A DNA stretch of 64,000 nucleotides from contig NC_045697.1 of assembly GCF_009834535.1 (NCBI RefSeq), positions 57,724,001-57,788,000 of the forward strand. The letters are read 5' to 3'. A model generated the notes under the pieces. The model was not told the DNA's origin. It saw nothing but the letters and a program-made list of their open reading frames with translations, and did not search any database. The translations under genes were made by a program, and so were the position numbers. Source of the stretch: Camelus ferus (lineage: Eukaryota). Shown piece after piece: positions 1 to 15,664 of this stretch. Positions within the stretch are counted from its first letter, which is position 1, and every line of letters begins with the position of its first letter.

Positions 1-339
1 TGGGTAATGTCTTTTGTTGGGGCAAAATTCTCATTTGATTCTCCTTTACTTTGCTTTTCAAATTATGTAAATGATTTGAAATATTGAATAAAATAAAAAT
101 TAAGGAAGAATTTCCAGCAGCTATTTCCCTATGATAAAAATGTCACCACTCTCAGGTTAAACAAAATTTCACATGAAGAAGGACATTTTTATTACTCAGG
201 ATTATTATATAAGATATTCAAGTAGTGAAAAGAGAACAAAATTTGCAATTATGGCAAGTAAGCTTCAGTTATATTTGTTTAAGAAATTTGTGTTTTTGAC
301 AAGTCATGTGATTATGTTTATTTTTAAAATAAGGGATGA

Positions 340-520
340 AGTATAGAGTGTTAAATGCACAGATTTTAGAATCTGACAACTTAGTCATTGAATTAGCTTC
401 GTAGTTTCCATTTATCTGTCTTATTTATATCGCTGGTAAAGAGCAGATAATATATCAACAGGCTGTTGTAAGAATTAAAAGGTAGTTTAAAGAAAATGTG
501 TGGTATGATGCTGAACAGAA
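340..520 (+). mobile_element. MIR
   Basis: GTATAGAGTGTTAAATGCACAGATTTTAGAATCTGAC...AGGCTGTTGTAAGAATTAAA. Confidence 0.55.
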
Positions 521-524
521 TTAT

Positions 525-850
525 ATACTAAGTTTAGGCCAATTTATGCTGTAGTAACAAATGACCCACAATCTTAGTAGCTTACAACTACATTCATGTC
601 CATCATGAGTCTTCTTTTAATTTTCAAACCAACGCTGGGACCTTTAGGTCTCAGAGCAGAGCAAAAAGACAAATATGGCTCCAAAAAGATGCAGTGGCTC
701 CTGCAGTATGTTCATGAGTGTTTACACACGCATTTCATTGGCGAAAGCAAATCACATGGTGTAGCAGAAAGGGTAATCTTCCTTCTAGGGGAAGTCTGAT
801 AGGGGATGCGGCACAAGAGGGGTATTTTGGCAATGAGACAATTTACCATG
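525..850 (-). mobile_element. Old MLT1 LTR
   Basis: TATGCTGTAGTAACAAATGACCC...CATTTCATTGGCGAAAGCAAATCACATGG. Confidence 0.65.
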
Positions 851-3794
851 TGCAATTAACAAATAATTACTTTAGTGCTTTGCTATATTTTGACTATTAT
901 ATATAGGCTAAATTAATACTCTCTATATATGATCTAAAATATATTAGTTCATTATCTCAATTATCTCTAGAGAAAATGGGAAATATAAAATAAAAGCAAA
1001 TACAATGGTGAGAATTTAGAAAGTCTATCTTCTAAATTGACATTGTAGTAGCAGGATTAGTGAATATCTCATACTGACTTGAACTTTGTCCCTATTGCAT
1101 AAGAAATGCATACTTATTAAAACTCCTAGTTACCTGTCAAATTCATGAATTTTAAGAGACAGTACACTTATAGGTCATGCCTCTAGTGTTTTGCAAGGCA
1201 TTTACTATTTAATATGCATGAAAGAGTGAGAAGAGGAAATAGTTAACTGGCACAACTATGTAACACGTAGGTAAAATTTTGGTATTGAGACTCAGGATTT
1301 TTCAAATGAATTGAGCCAAATAGAATACTGAATGGGTGAAGGAGATAAACACCTGAAAAGACTTCATGTTTCTGAGTATCTTTCTTGTCCTTTTGTTTAA
1401 ACCTATATTTAAAGGTACATAGTTCCAACTTCATTGTGCTGTAAGGACCCTTTAAATACTTTTCTATTTTTTCCTCTACTATACAAGTTTGTATGAAGAT
1501 ACACTGAGACATCCAACATAGAGAAAATATATAGTATTTTTTATTCTGTTGATGGAGAAAGATAAATTGCCTTCTGGTACTGTTTTCATCTGTTTATGTT
1601 TGTTTCCCATCCTGCCTCATCAAGACTTCTCTCAGGGCTTCTAATTTTATTTCCTTCAATTAGGCCAAATAGTATATCGAATGTATCTTATGTTTAGTCT
1701 CTAAATAATCCCAGCAAACCTGATTTATTTATAATGCTGTAATGACAGCTGTTCATATTGTGTTATGCAATTTTAAAATGAATAAATTACACATAATGCC
1801 ACTCATTAAAAAACAGACCATAGCAGAACAGAAGACCTACTACACATTACTTTTAAACATATCTATTATGTTTTGCTCTTGTTCATTTATTTTGCATCAG
1901 TTGGAATACTTTCATCTTCAAATAATATATAACCTAACTCAAACTGCCCCCCAAATATACTAGATCATGTTGTAGCAAGGTGGCTGCAGCAATTTTAATC
2001 TTCAATTCCGCATTTAATGTGGTTTTCTGAACCTTAACAAGACGAACAAAAGTTTGCCAATATTTCTTAGCAAACTACTGTTTTGAATTCATTGGTTTGG
2101 GTCATATGGTCATTGTAAACCAACCACTGGTAAGATAGATGGAATTACCTGTACACCAGTCAGAGCCACCTCAGGAGCTGAAATGCAGTCATCTGTCTCT
2201 GAATACATGGGCTGAGTAATGCAGAGGCATGAAGTTGAGAAATACTATGTTTCTGTAGAGAATAAGGAGGGGAGAAGACATTCAGGGTAGACAACCAATA
2301 ATATCCACTTTAACATGTTTTAAAAATATTTTCCTCTTTTATTCACCACTTTTAGTCTGATTTTTGTTTTAAATGTTGGAGTGTTGTATTATATAAAATG
2401 TATTAATCCAGATATTCTGTAGTGTAAAAGGCTATTTTAGGTACATTTTAACTGTCCCATATTTTATTGTTGAGAGTATCTGATTTCTGCTGAAAAATAA
2501 CTTGAAAAGAGCAATCTATCAACCACTTATTCTGTACCAGAAGAATGTACACCTTTGAAAGTAGTGTCAGAGTCATAGTCAGTTTTTCAATAAAAGCACA
2601 GTACAAACATGTATATAACACTGAGATTAGATAAGTTGCAATTTTTACAATGACAGTGACACAGACTTTGTAGAACTATTTTCTCTTGTGTTTCATAAAA
2701 ACACTAACAACTGTCTAGACTTTATTTGCTTCTAATAGGGCATAAATTGTGTCAAGTAAAAATAGCCTGAAATAATATATTCTGCTTTTCTGATACTAGA
2801 CTTTTCATTACTTGGTAATGCATACTATATACTGTATATGTGAACACTCTGTACACATTTCAAAGGTACATTAATCCCAAAATTAATTGCTAAAAGTGAT
2901 ATGGAATTTATAGATGTAATAATATTACAATTTAAACCAAATATATAATGTGGCATAATAGGTCATATCAGAGCAAATTTATTGACCTAATATCTTACTA
3001 TTCTTTACTATAAGTCTATGAGTTAGATGAAGGTAGAAGATACTGTGGATCCAATTTGAAGGTGCCTAAACAAACTCATATATGCCAAGTTCACATGATA
3101 GATAGGTAAAAGGGCTGGGATTAGATTAAACTTACTTTTTGTTCATGATGCTTTCCAACTAAGAAAGGATGTTTGTCAGGTAACTGATTTTATTAGGCTG
3201 CAGAACAAAACAAAACAAAAAAATTAACATGTCATAATGAGATATAATCAACAGTTCCGCTTTATCAATGTAAACTGAAGGAAAAACATTTTCTGTACTT
3301 CTAAGAAGGTAAATACTCGAATTTTGAATAGGTCAATGATTTTTCCTCTTTACATAAACATTTTTATTGATTATTTATCTAGCAGATATTCATTAAAAAT
3401 AATTAGAAAAATGGAGAAATAGCATAGAAAAGAAAGTAAAACCGCACAAAATTACTACACATAGGCACAAATCACCTTTTATACTTTGATGTGTTCTGTC
3501 CCATGTTACCTAAATGTACCCAATGCATTTGAATTGTCTCCTTTAACGTGGTGTATTTGCTAAAAGTGTAATTGGGGCATTCCTTTTGTCTTTGGAATTT
3601 GTTAAATCAATTATGTCATAGGTATAAGTTAGGATAATAATATATTTTAGTTTTTAACTTTATTTATACTTTTATATTATAAATATTTCACATTTAATTA
3701 TTATTTATGTTTCTGATTACCTTCATAAAATAAATGATTAACTGGAATTATTTGTCTCATATATGATAGATTTTTAAATTAAGATTTTAAATTA

Positions 3795-4560
3795 AGACTT
3801 CAATTTTTAGAGCATTTCAGATTCACAGCAAAATTAAAAGGAAGTTACATTAATTTCCCATATTCCCCCTCCCCACACACATGCATATCTTCCCATTATC
3901 AACATTCCCCACCAGAGAGGTATAGTTGTTACAGCTGATGAACCTACACTGAAACATCTATAGTTTATATTATGGTTCACTCTGTGTATTATGTTTTATA
4001 TATGTACCCACTATTACAATATCAGACAGAATAATTTCATTGCCCTAAAAATCCTCTGTACTCTGCATATTTGTCCATCCCTTTACCCCCAAGGCCTCTC
4101 AACCACTGATCTTTTTACTATCATCACAGCTTTACCTTTTCCAGAATGTTCTGTAATTGGAATCATACAGTGTGTAGCCTTTCCACATTGGTTTCTTTCA
4201 CTTAGCAATAGGCATTTAAGTTTCTTCCATGTCTTTTCATGGCTTGATAGCTCATTTCTTCTTAACACTGAATAATATTCCATAATTTGGATGTACCACA
4301 GTTTGTTTATCCACTCACCTACTAAAAGACATCTTGGTTTCTTCCAAATTTTGACAACTATGAATAAAGCTGCTACAAACATCTCTTTGTGCAGGTTTTT
4401 GTGTAGACATAAGTTTTGATCTCCTTTGGGCAAATACCAAGGAGTGTGATTGCTGAATCATATGGTAAGAATAAGTTTGGTTTTTGGAAAAATGGTCAAA
4501 GTGGCTATACCAATTTACATTCCCATCATTAATGAATAAGAGTTCTGTTGCTTCACATCA
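3795..4560 (-). mobile_element. L1MC-type 3' end
   Basis: TTTTTAGAGCATTTCAGATTCACAGCAAAATT start. ORF2 C-terminal remnant MFVAALFIVVKIWKKPRC...EWINKLWYIQIMEYYS on the minus strand. Confidence 0.85.
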
Positions 4561-6317
4561 TTTGTTCATTTTTGTACTGGGTTTTTGATAGTTTAGTTAG
4601 CGATTTGAAAAAGGAATTTATAAACTCAGGAAGTTATATCTTTGTCCTTTATATGATTTACAAATACTTTCCAATTAACAGACTTTTTACTTTAGTTTCT
4701 GGTTATTTTTGCCATATTTTTTTTTTTACTTTGGTCATATTTTTTTTATCATTTTCTCTTATGGCATCCAGGTTAAATGCTTAATTAGAAAGGCCATTAT
4801 CACTTTGATTCTATAAAAATACATTTCTTTTTGACTCACTTTTGAATCTCTTTGATAAATTTTATTTTAAATAAATAATTGGAAACTTACCAATATAAGA
4901 TGTGCAGTATAATCCCAAATTTATTGTTTAAATAGATTTATAAATAATTCATTCTCGATGCTGCAGAAATGCAATTGTAGAACTTTCATTCATAGGCCTT
5001 CATGTGAATAAACTGAGCAGATATATTTACTCCCAATGTAAGACAGAAAGGAGATGGTAAATTAAGAGTATTTTTGTTAAACTGTTAAAGAGTAATGCTT
5101 TTCTTTATTCATAACAAATTGATATTTTCTATTTTATTGAACTAAACACTCAAGACTTTTTGCTATAGGACAAAGTGGATAATTGTTTAAGCAATCCCCA
5201 ATTCCTGTCAAATCATAGCTTTTACTGTGTAAATGTTTATGGTCTGTGTAAAAAAAATAAAGGAATAGTTGGAGTTGATATTTGATATCTCTATGACTTT
5301 GAATATTTTCTGAAAATCTTAACTGTTCGGTTGTGATGTGTATATGTGTTTATGTGATGGGAACATGATGTGATTATAACCCCCAAATAAATTAATGACT
5401 AGAATATTAGAGTATGTAGATAACTAATAATCCAAGGCATTCTAAAGTAAATCTCATGTTTCAGAAGCAATTTCAGGTTCCTTTTTCTGTACTTCTTTCC
5501 TAGGAAGAGACACTGTTGAGGGTAGGGGTTAGGATGGCACAGAATATAAAAGACACATCTTCTGGCAAGTTAAAAATTGTGTATTTTTTTAAATCCTATT
5601 TTTCTCTTTAGAATGTGATCTGTGATATCTACTTATGTTTACATTTTATATTAATATCCATAACCCCTACATTTTCAAAAGACTAGCTAATATATTCCTA
5701 GAGATTCTGTGGAAACTATGACAACTCTCTTAGCCATCAACAAACCCCACAATTATGAATACTAACCAATTAAGTAAAAAGAGAAATGTTATTGACAAGT
5801 TTTACCCTGGTCAATGTTTGTCTACAAATACTTTTAATGAGACTCTTGTGGGAGCTTACTGCCAGATATGCTCTTCAAGTGTTTCAAAAATGAGTGGCAA
5901 GTTTGCATAATAATGATATATTTTGTGACATGATTATTTGTCAGTTTAAGAATGTGAAGACAGGCAGTAAGGCTTCAAAAATATTATTGATTTTTCCATG
6001 AATGTTGCATTTATTTCATCCACCCAGATACTTCTGTTTACCAAGTCCATCAGAATTACAGCGCAAATAGACACAAAAATAATGAACATTTAAGAATCTT
6101 TATAGCAACAAATGGAGGAGGTATCCTTCTTCTAGTGGCCAATATGTGTACATAATATTATTTCCAGAAGGAAATGAACTGGGATTATTTTCATCAAATG
6201 AAGAATAAGGGGAAAAATCATACGTATGTAACCCTGCATCTGAGTGGGTTAGAAAAAAAAGGTATTGTTAAGATTAATGCCTTAAGATAATTATGTTTTG
6301 AAATGATGTATGTTAAC

Positions 6318-6769
6318 CATGATGGTTACCTTTGTGTTTCAGTTTGTCTGGGCCACAGTACCCTGCTATTTGGTCAAATCCTGGTCTGCTCTGAATATTA
6401 CTGTGAAGGTATTTTCTTTAGATGAGATTAACATTTAAGTAAGTAGACTGGGAGTAAAGCAGTTTACATCCATAATGTTGGTGGACCTCATTCAATCAGC
6501 TGAAGGCTTTAATAGGAAAAGACCTCCCCAGAAGAAAAGGAAATTCTGCCAGCAGACTGCCTACCCACTTGAGCTTAAATATCATCTCTTCCCTGAGTCT
6601 CCACACTGCCAGTTTACCCTGTAGAAGTTGTATTTAACAGCCTCCATAATCCCATGACAAAGTTCCTTAAAATCTGCCCCCCCATATATACATGTATATA
6701 GACACACACACACACACATCCTATTGAATCCTATTGGTTCTGTTTCTCTGGAGAACCCTGATTAATAAA
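6318..6769 (+). mobile_element. MLT2 (ERVL) solo LTR
   Basis: TGATGGTT...TTAGATGAGATTAACATTTAA...CTATTGGTTCTGTTTCTCTGGAGAACCCTGATTAATA. Confidence 0.85.
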
Positions 6770-9384
6770 ACCAGTATACCAGGAAAATAATCACTTATTC
6801 TTTTTAAATAATTCAAATTTAAAATTTTAAATAAGTGGTAGTTCTGAAGGCACTTGGAATTTTAATGAGCAAGTGTCACAGAGTCCCAGGCTGACTTGTA
6901 CTGACAGAATGTCATTCTCCCCTCAACATCCATGGTGTCATGGGTAAATCCTCTTGAATAGTTAATTGAGGTGGGACACATTAACTCTGGTTATAAATGG
7001 CCCTTAATTTGTAAGCCGGTACTATTTTAAAATGGATAGGTGTGGTGTTATTAATTCACTCAATAAGTGGTTCTAATGAGTGTCAAAGAAGGAAAATCTC
7101 CTCAGTGGACGGAATTTTATGTATTATAGCTCTTGGGTTTTTGTTGACTGCATTTCTTCATCTACTAGAATACAACTACCATAATCATGGCGAACTCATT
7201 TCTCTATTAGAGACTGTATCTTTAGGGCTTTCATCAGTTCCTAATAAACATTAAATACTCAATACTTGGTAATCTGATGTGTATGGAATGAGCAAATGGG
7301 TAAAATAATATGACATAACTTTAATAAAATATCTCACAAGAGTCATATGGAAATGCCACTCTTAAGTTTCTGTTAGTAAAATTTTAAACAACAAAAAGAA
7401 ATTTATACTGGCTTAAGTAAGAACAAATATAATTGTAAAAGTCTGTTTGAAAACATGACTAACCCATCACAATAGAAAAATTCTTTCAAAATTTGTTGTC
7501 CAAACATTCTTTTTAGCTTTAGCTAATTTTTGCAAATATTGTAATGTAGTACTTACTATAATCTATAATTATAAATGTATGTCAGGGATCATTTGATCAT
7601 TCTACCCAAACAATATTAGCTCCAAAACTCCTAGGATTATAAAGGCTTTACTCACCAATGTATTTCTTGTGTCTAGCAAAGAGTCTGGCACGTACTAGAT
7701 CTTCAATAGATACCTTTGAATGACTGAATAAATAACATATAATAAAGACTCATTATATATTTGAATAGGCAGGTATTTATCAAAATGGTTGAAATGATTG
7801 TAATATAAACATAGTAAACTGTTTATTTACTATGCTATTCATTAATTTTACAACTATTTTTATGTAACTTACATTTCAAGAAAAACTGGACACTATTTCT
7901 GAAGTTTCTATTATGTATCAAACAATATACTGTGAATCACACATATACATATGATTTATTCATTTCAATATTCATTTCAATATTAGTTAAGGGTTTAGAA
8001 ACAATTGGAGTAGGGAGGTCTATTGTTTGTTGCACTAACCTTCTTGTGTATTTCCCTGAAATTGTGGCCAGCCATAAATCTCTAAACCTGGAGAAGCCGT
8101 GCCTCAGTTGTGCAATTTAGTGTGAGAAGAGGCAGGGCAAGACTCGTGAGTAACCTTAAAATCTTAATTAATGCACTTGTTAAGATAATCTTTTCTTTCT
8201 AATGTAATGATTACTGTCAGTGTATAAAATGTGACAACCACAGTCATAACAATCAGAAGACACAGTAAGCAAATTCAATTTGGGAAACAAGTTTAGTTAT
8301 TGTAGTCACTTTCCACTTGTCACAACTGACAGTACTTTATCAGAAAAGATATTCCTGTACTGCACTGGTATAATTAACACTAATGAAAATTCAAAGGAGC
8401 CAGATAAAATGAATGGATTTTCTACACAAAGAAAGAAAGCTTGTAAAAATTGTAAAGAAAAAAGGAGTCAGGACTTGTGGATTTTATACTGATAATTATT
8501 TAACTGAGTTTTTTAAATGTCTGTGTCAAAAGTTCAGACATGTACATTGTAATGTTAAGTGGAATTGACTCTTAAGAGTAAGATCTGCCATTTAGGTATA
8601 AAACAATAATATTGGGATTTCAGAGTTAGTAATTATCTGTTCAAAAGCTTAGAAATGCTTTCCACTTATTCTGTCAGCCTGCGGTCACAACACAGGGCCA
8701 CCAGGGAGAAGTCTAAATTCTAAAACCTGACCTTTTATTGTTTAGGAGATACTTTTGCAAGGTTATATCTTCGTAGAATTTTTTTTTAAACAATAGATTG
8801 GAGATAAGATTTTTTTCCCTAAGATGTATGTAGGTGAAATTTCACTACTATCGTTGTCCCTTTTCTTTCAAAACATCATTCCCTTTGCAACATTAAGAAC
8901 AGAATCACACAAACTTCTTAGGAAAGGGATTCCCTGCTACCTGCTATTTTGAGGTGGGAAAAAAACTATCTCAAGTCAGGGTAATGGAGAGGATCAGTGG
9001 AAAGAATTATATCTATATCTTATCCTGGAGATATATTTGCTGTCACCAGTAAAAAATGAGCACCCTCACTCATACAAATTTTGAACTTATGTTTAGAATC
9101 CTAATACTTTAAAGAAGTGGGGATGGTGAAGACTTAGGTTACACAGTAAAAATCTAAGTGTTTTGTTTTGTTTTTCTTTCCTAAAGAAGAATATAATATG
9201 ATTTATGCTATTCTGCAAACATTGCCCATGAAAACCCACATATGAAAACCAGGGAATTCTGCTTATAATGACATGTATTTCCCATACATTCTAATCATGT
9301 GTGAGCTAATTTACACTGTATAAATACCTATTGTATTAGAAAAGACTGGGAAAAATAGAGCCTGAGAAAAATAGAGACATAGAT

Positions 9385-9560
9385 GATATATATATGTGTA
9401 TGTATATAACTTATATATAGATAGCATGTATAATATAATATTTCTACATATAAATATAAAATAATTAAATATATAATATAATATAAATATATGATTGTAT
9501 TATATAAAATAATAAAAATATACAATGAAATATAATGTAAATAGTTATGTACACATATAT
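9385..9560. repeat. AT-rich low-complexity tract
   Basis: Degenerate (TA)n/(TAA)n. Confidence 0.85.
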
Positions 9561-12500
9561 AAGTTTCCCCACAAGTAACTCATAGCACAACAAAATTGAA
9601 TAATTGAGGATAATATAATAAAAAGGCTATTTTTCAATATGTAAGAAGATTTAGAAAAAACATAAAAGAGGGGGCAGTAGGCTACTAAGCTGTTACCACC
9701 AGAACCTTTGAAAGAACATTGTGTGAACAGGGTAACCTGACAGAAACTGTGAAGATTTTCACAGAGGGAGTCAGACAGCACTTGTCCACCTGACAGGGAG
9801 GAGGTAGTAAGAAGAGACTTTCAAATGCTGCCTTTCATACTCTATGGCATTGTATAATTTAAATTTTATAAGAGAGATTAAATTTATACGAACTTTTAAT
9901 AGGCTCTCTTTTTGCAAACAATTCTTCATCGTGCTACTGAATTATTTTATATACTCTTGTCCTGTTGCCTGGTGTTGAAGGTTGCAGAGTTCTTTAACTC
10001 ATAAAATTAAAAAGCAGGGCTTCCTTATTCTAAAGCCTTCAGTAAAAAAGCCTTTAAATGGGACAAAGAAAAGTTTTATATACATTATCTAAACTGGAGT
10101 TTCCGATACTGTTCCATTTTTTAAAGAGAAATTTATTGTGTTTGTATGGTTTTAAAACTGTTTGCTTGAGTGAAAAGGAAATCTATAATTTCACTCTTTA
10201 TATTTCAGGAGCATGTTCACATTGAGAAAACTCTTCCAGTAGAAATGGAAACTATAAAAATCTGTCTTACATCAAAGAATTACATTACTGACATCTGCCA
10301 GAGCCTGACATTCCCAGCTCTCTGAAGCAATTATTGTTCTAAGCACGTTATTTCCAGTAGTGACATCAACAAAGAAAAAAAGTACATCTTTTTTTATAAA
10401 ATCTTAGTATTTCATTACTTCTCCCAAGCAAAAAGAGTAATACATTCTCACTATTATTCTTGTAAACTTCTTTTTATCATAGTATCACAAGTCCATTTGT
10501 TCCAAAGGGGTTTACCCAGCAACACAAAGAATATTTTTCCCCATCACATTATCAAAATCATGCCAACTTTTAAACTACTTTATTTAAGGCTCCTGCAGAA
10601 GACAGGCATTTTTATCTGAGTGAATGATAATTGTGTTTGTGTAGCTTATTCAACATAATCCACAAGAGGAAAAAAGCCACTTCCATAAACACAAATTTTT
10701 ATGGAGCTGTGTTATTTAATATGCATCACTGATTTTCTGCTTTATAAAACTCAAGATGGTAACAGGGACTATGCTATTGCTACCACTTGTGTTAGGCTCC
10801 CAAGCTAAACACTAGCACCCTGGTAGAAAATTAACAAATACAGGCTTAATGAGTCATATACAACTTGCATGTAATGAGTATGTAGTTAATTTAGACTTTG
10901 AATCTGTAATACCTACCAATCTACAACCACTTTTTTCAATAAAATTATAATGAACATCTTACGGTGTTCAAAAAAATTCAGACTGGAACAAAGTAAGATA
11001 TAATTTCTAGTTCATATTATTGGTGAATTTTAAGGTATTCATAAAATTATTATAGATGAAAACTTTCAGAAATGCTTTAATTCGTTTTCAGTGAGTATCT
11101 TAATAGTTAAATATAAAAGGCATTTTATTTTATTTTGATCAATACTTGAAAAAATCAAGTAATAAAAGAAAAATTATTATACTTAAATATTATAATATAT
11201 AATGAGACTGTTTTCAAAGTTCATCATTATGCATGGTATTGAACATTGAATATGTGTGTGTGTATATACACATGCGCACACTTGCACCTACACACATTGT
11301 TTATGTTACCGTAAATGTATTACCAGATGTGTTACATACTAACCCAACATATTGTATATTTTATAACTTATTGTATACTTAGCAAATAGCTTTGACATTT
11401 ATAAAACTAGATTATTTTTCCTCATTTTGGTATTAAAACTGTAGATTATGATCTATATACCTAAATAATTTGTACTATCAAAGTGTCTCTAATTTTTTAT
11501 AATTTGGTTGGTAATGCTAAAATATTGTCAGGGATACTGATACAGATATTCATAAGTTGCATGATTCCCATTTGGAAATGGCTGAGAAGAATGTGTGGAA
11601 TTAAAAGAAAAGATCATCCTGGATAGATTCCTTACTAGCACCAGAGGATATGTTAAAGAGTTTGTGAATTCTAGACAAAGAGTGGGACTATAAGGGCATA
11701 GACATAAGAAAATTGAATGTTAGGAAAATTCTGCATTCAAACAAAAGTTTTGTTGTTTTTTTTTTTTAACACAAACTAAACACATAGCTTCTATAATGTC
11801 AAGGTAAGAATGTTCTGCTCCTCATTCATCTTTTTCTTTGTGACATAAGAAGAAAGTTCATCTTCTGAAAATAAGAGGAGAGTCATGCAGGCTTTGAATA
11901 CCACAGATTTACAGATTTACTAGCCTGCATGATTATATATGTAAATTTCAGGCAATGCTGGTAGAAAACCCAACAGGGAAAACAGCAGCACAGTGGGGCA
12001 AATAAAACAAACATCAACCAGAGAGCAGTTACAGTCATGAAACTTGGAGTCTAGGCTGGGTCGTGCCAGTAAGGAAAGAAGTCACAACTGGGGAGAAATT
12101 ATCAAGAGATTTAATAACATGAGGTTTTAAGAAGTAGATGAAACCTAGTAATGTGAAAAACTAAAAAATCAAAGAAACAACAAATAGAAAACAGAATGAT
12201 TGGATTAACTGTTTCTGGATAGAAAAGATTCAAGTGAAGACAAGATCCATGCTATCGCTAAGGGAATGGGGAAGGGGGAAAGGGGGAAAATCGAAATACA
12301 TACAAATTTATTTTAAAAGGAGGCTAAGGAACTGACACAGCTGAATATTGAATTTATCAATGTGCATAGAACCACTTAGGATGATGGACAGACTGGGTCA
12401 GAGAGGAAGGTTACAGTTTAAGTAGCAAGATATTCAAGTAATGTAGTAGATAACAGTAAATAAAGGAGATGTTATATATGAACTGCCTAAGACATGAGAC

Positions 12501-13011
12501 TTTTTTATTTGTTTTACTTAAGGTAGAAAAGGAATGATTAAGCTTATAGAGACCTAGGTTCCAGACGAGGTCAGGAAAGGAAAGCATTAAGCAGGAAGAA
12601 ACTGAGATTTTTAAAGTTGATGATAATAGCAATGAAAGAGGGGTTCCGGATGGCACAAGGAAATTTTCATAAAGTGAATTAATGTGAGATTGAGTTAGAA
12701 AATAGCAAATCCAGAGTAACGTGTGAATGAGGGTAACAGAGGAAATAAATGAGACGATAGGGTGAGAACTGGGGCAGTTAAAAGCATCATAGTTAATGGG
12801 AATGTAAAGCCTGATGGATTTATTTGGCTCTAAGATAATTAGTCAGGACAGTCCTCTAATAGATAATACATGGGCAAAGGATCAAACAAGCAAATTTCCA
12901 AATGGGACTTTTGAAATGCATAAATACTGTTTAGTTTAAATATGACTTTATTATGCTAACTTCCAGCACTGCTTGCAATGTTACAGTTCATTCAGTATTC
13001 AGATAAACAAA

Positions 13012-13188
<177 letters not shown>

Positions 13189-15664
13189 TGTATTGAAATT
13201 TGTATCCTTTCCATGCATCACTTCAGATTCTGAAGTTTTAAGTAACTGATGTTTCCTATTGATTTTTTTCCCTCCCTAGTTATTAGTATACATCTTCTCT
13301 GAGAAGGCTTAGTCTCATTGTTAATGTGATTACTTCCTTTCACATTTTATATTTTAATTGTATTAGACCATTTTCTAAATCCAAATATATGGGTTGCTTA
13401 ACTGATATTATTCTTAATTTGAGAAGACTAAACAAAGCATTTAAGAATGTTACATCCTTGCAAAATGTCACATCATCTAGCTATTGATATAGTGTAACTC
13501 GTTGGAAATGCAGAAATACTAAATAAGTATGTCCTTGATCAAAACTAAGAATTGTTTGATTGCCATTTAGTTGTAAAGAATCCTCATGTGGTGAGCTACT
13601 CAGCATCTTCTAGTAAAACAAACAAACCAACAAATACGTGGCAGAAATGCAAGACATCTGGAAGTAAATGACACTTTTTCTTTAAGCAGGACATAATGGT
13701 CTTAGCAACTCAGTGCTCCATTCAACAAACCACTCTTCCATGTATAAATATCAAAAATATATATATAAAATGTTAGGAAAAGTGGAGGAGATCTAAATAT
13801 GCTATTCTTTCAATGATAGTCATTTTTTGGCCATTAATAGCCATTCATTCAATTACTAGCCTGATGATTTTCTCTAAAGAAAATTTAGAACCCCTTTATT
13901 TCTAAATCTCACACATAATACATGATTAGATGGAATTGCAGAATTTGGAAAATAACAAAATGTTTATAAACAAACAATTCATAAATCTATGTCTAAGAGA
14001 GATACTAAGTTACATTTAGTATACTTTCATAGAATTTATTCTGCTAGTACACATCAACAAAAATTAGTAATTCTATTTCATAATTAGTACACTACCCCTC
14101 TCATAGTAACTGAAAATTATCATATTTAGCTCTGTAGTAGTCCAGTATTTGGATATTGAGTAATATATATAATCCTTCTGTATTAGAATTAAGAGTGTGT
14201 GAATGCTTTTAATTTTGTGAATTGTTATAAATATATTTTGTTCCCATTAAAATATAATGCTTGCTATTAAAGCAAAATGTGAATAAGGGTTTCAACATCA
14301 AACAGTTCTATGAGGCCTATGACACAAACCCAGCTCTCCAGAGCCCTCCTTTCTCCCCTTTGCCCCACTCTGAAGAATCAGCCACTTCCAAATCTGTTAG
14401 CTGTTTCTGCATTTTCTTCTGGTTTTAACTAGAAGTTTAAACAGTGTAATGATACTGTTGATCTTTCATTTTAAGAAATTATCTAAATATTTCTCTTATC
14501 ATTCAGAGAAGTATAACTGTTTTAATCAACAGTCTCCAAATCTCAAAAGCTTAATAAGATCAAAAAATTATTAGTTGCATTGTGCTAAGCAAGATTTTCC
14601 AAAAATGGTTCTTGGAGTTCCTTGTTGGTTGGCTACACCAAGAGCCAACTGGTACTCAGGCCACCGCTCTTCTTCTTGTGGCAGGGACTGTATTCAAATT
14701 CAACTTCCCATGCTTCAGGCCTTGTTCATTTTCTTTGTTAGAACAAGTTGCAATGCCTACAAGTCTCCAACTCTTCCAAAAACTAAGCAGCCTATAACTA
14801 CAGTGAATTCCCAATAAGAGCTGCTACCTTACCCCAAGCATCTTAGATCTATGTGGTCTATTTGTACTGCAAGTGACCACTTTGTTTTTCTGCTTAAGGG
14901 AACAGCAACCCCCTCATTAAGAAGGGAAAGCAAGGTGGCTGAGTTTGGAAATAGGCAAAGACACATTACTGGGCAAACAATGCTAGAGTTGCTGAACAAC
15001 TCCATTTCCAAGAAGCTATAGTATACCTCGGTACAAAATCATAAGTGATGGGGCAATCACATGATCTTTCTTGTTGAACCTTGCTGATAAATCCCTACCA
15101 TTACCACAAAATCTATTTTTAATCAATAACATCCAAAATATTGTTACGTATTCCCTGTGGATAATAAATAATCATACTCGTGCATAGTTCAAATTATACG
15201 ATCCTAGTTGAATAGGTCTCCTGGCTGTTTCTCTGCTGACATGTGATCTCAAGCAAAAGCTCAGAAGCCTTATCTCGATTGTCTACAAGACTGGTTAATG
15301 AAGGAAGAAGTGAGGGAGAGGGTTGTAAAGCATAGCATGTTTTTAGGAGTATGATGGGGGAATGTTGTACATCACCTGAGGCCTATTCCATACACAGAAA
15401 TAGTCGTGTGACCCCCTTCTAGTTATAAAAAGACTGCAGATAGATGCTTAGCTGTTTGCCAGAAAGCGTATGTGCTTAATGAAGATCTAGCCAGCCTCTG
15501 TCCACATTCCATATGGAAGACAAAGACTGAATACTTTCATCAGTCTCCCCAGATATGCACACAGATGTCAATCACCCACATTTCCCAATATTAATTATAA
15601 CAATATAAAGCGAGTGATAAATCATAGTTGTAAGTAAAATTTACAGATAGAATGAATAGGAGAC

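Noticed and set aside
8696..8713. CTCF-like GGCCACCAGGGAGAAG
   Set aside because: Mismatches in the conserved GGC part of the core and no supporting context.
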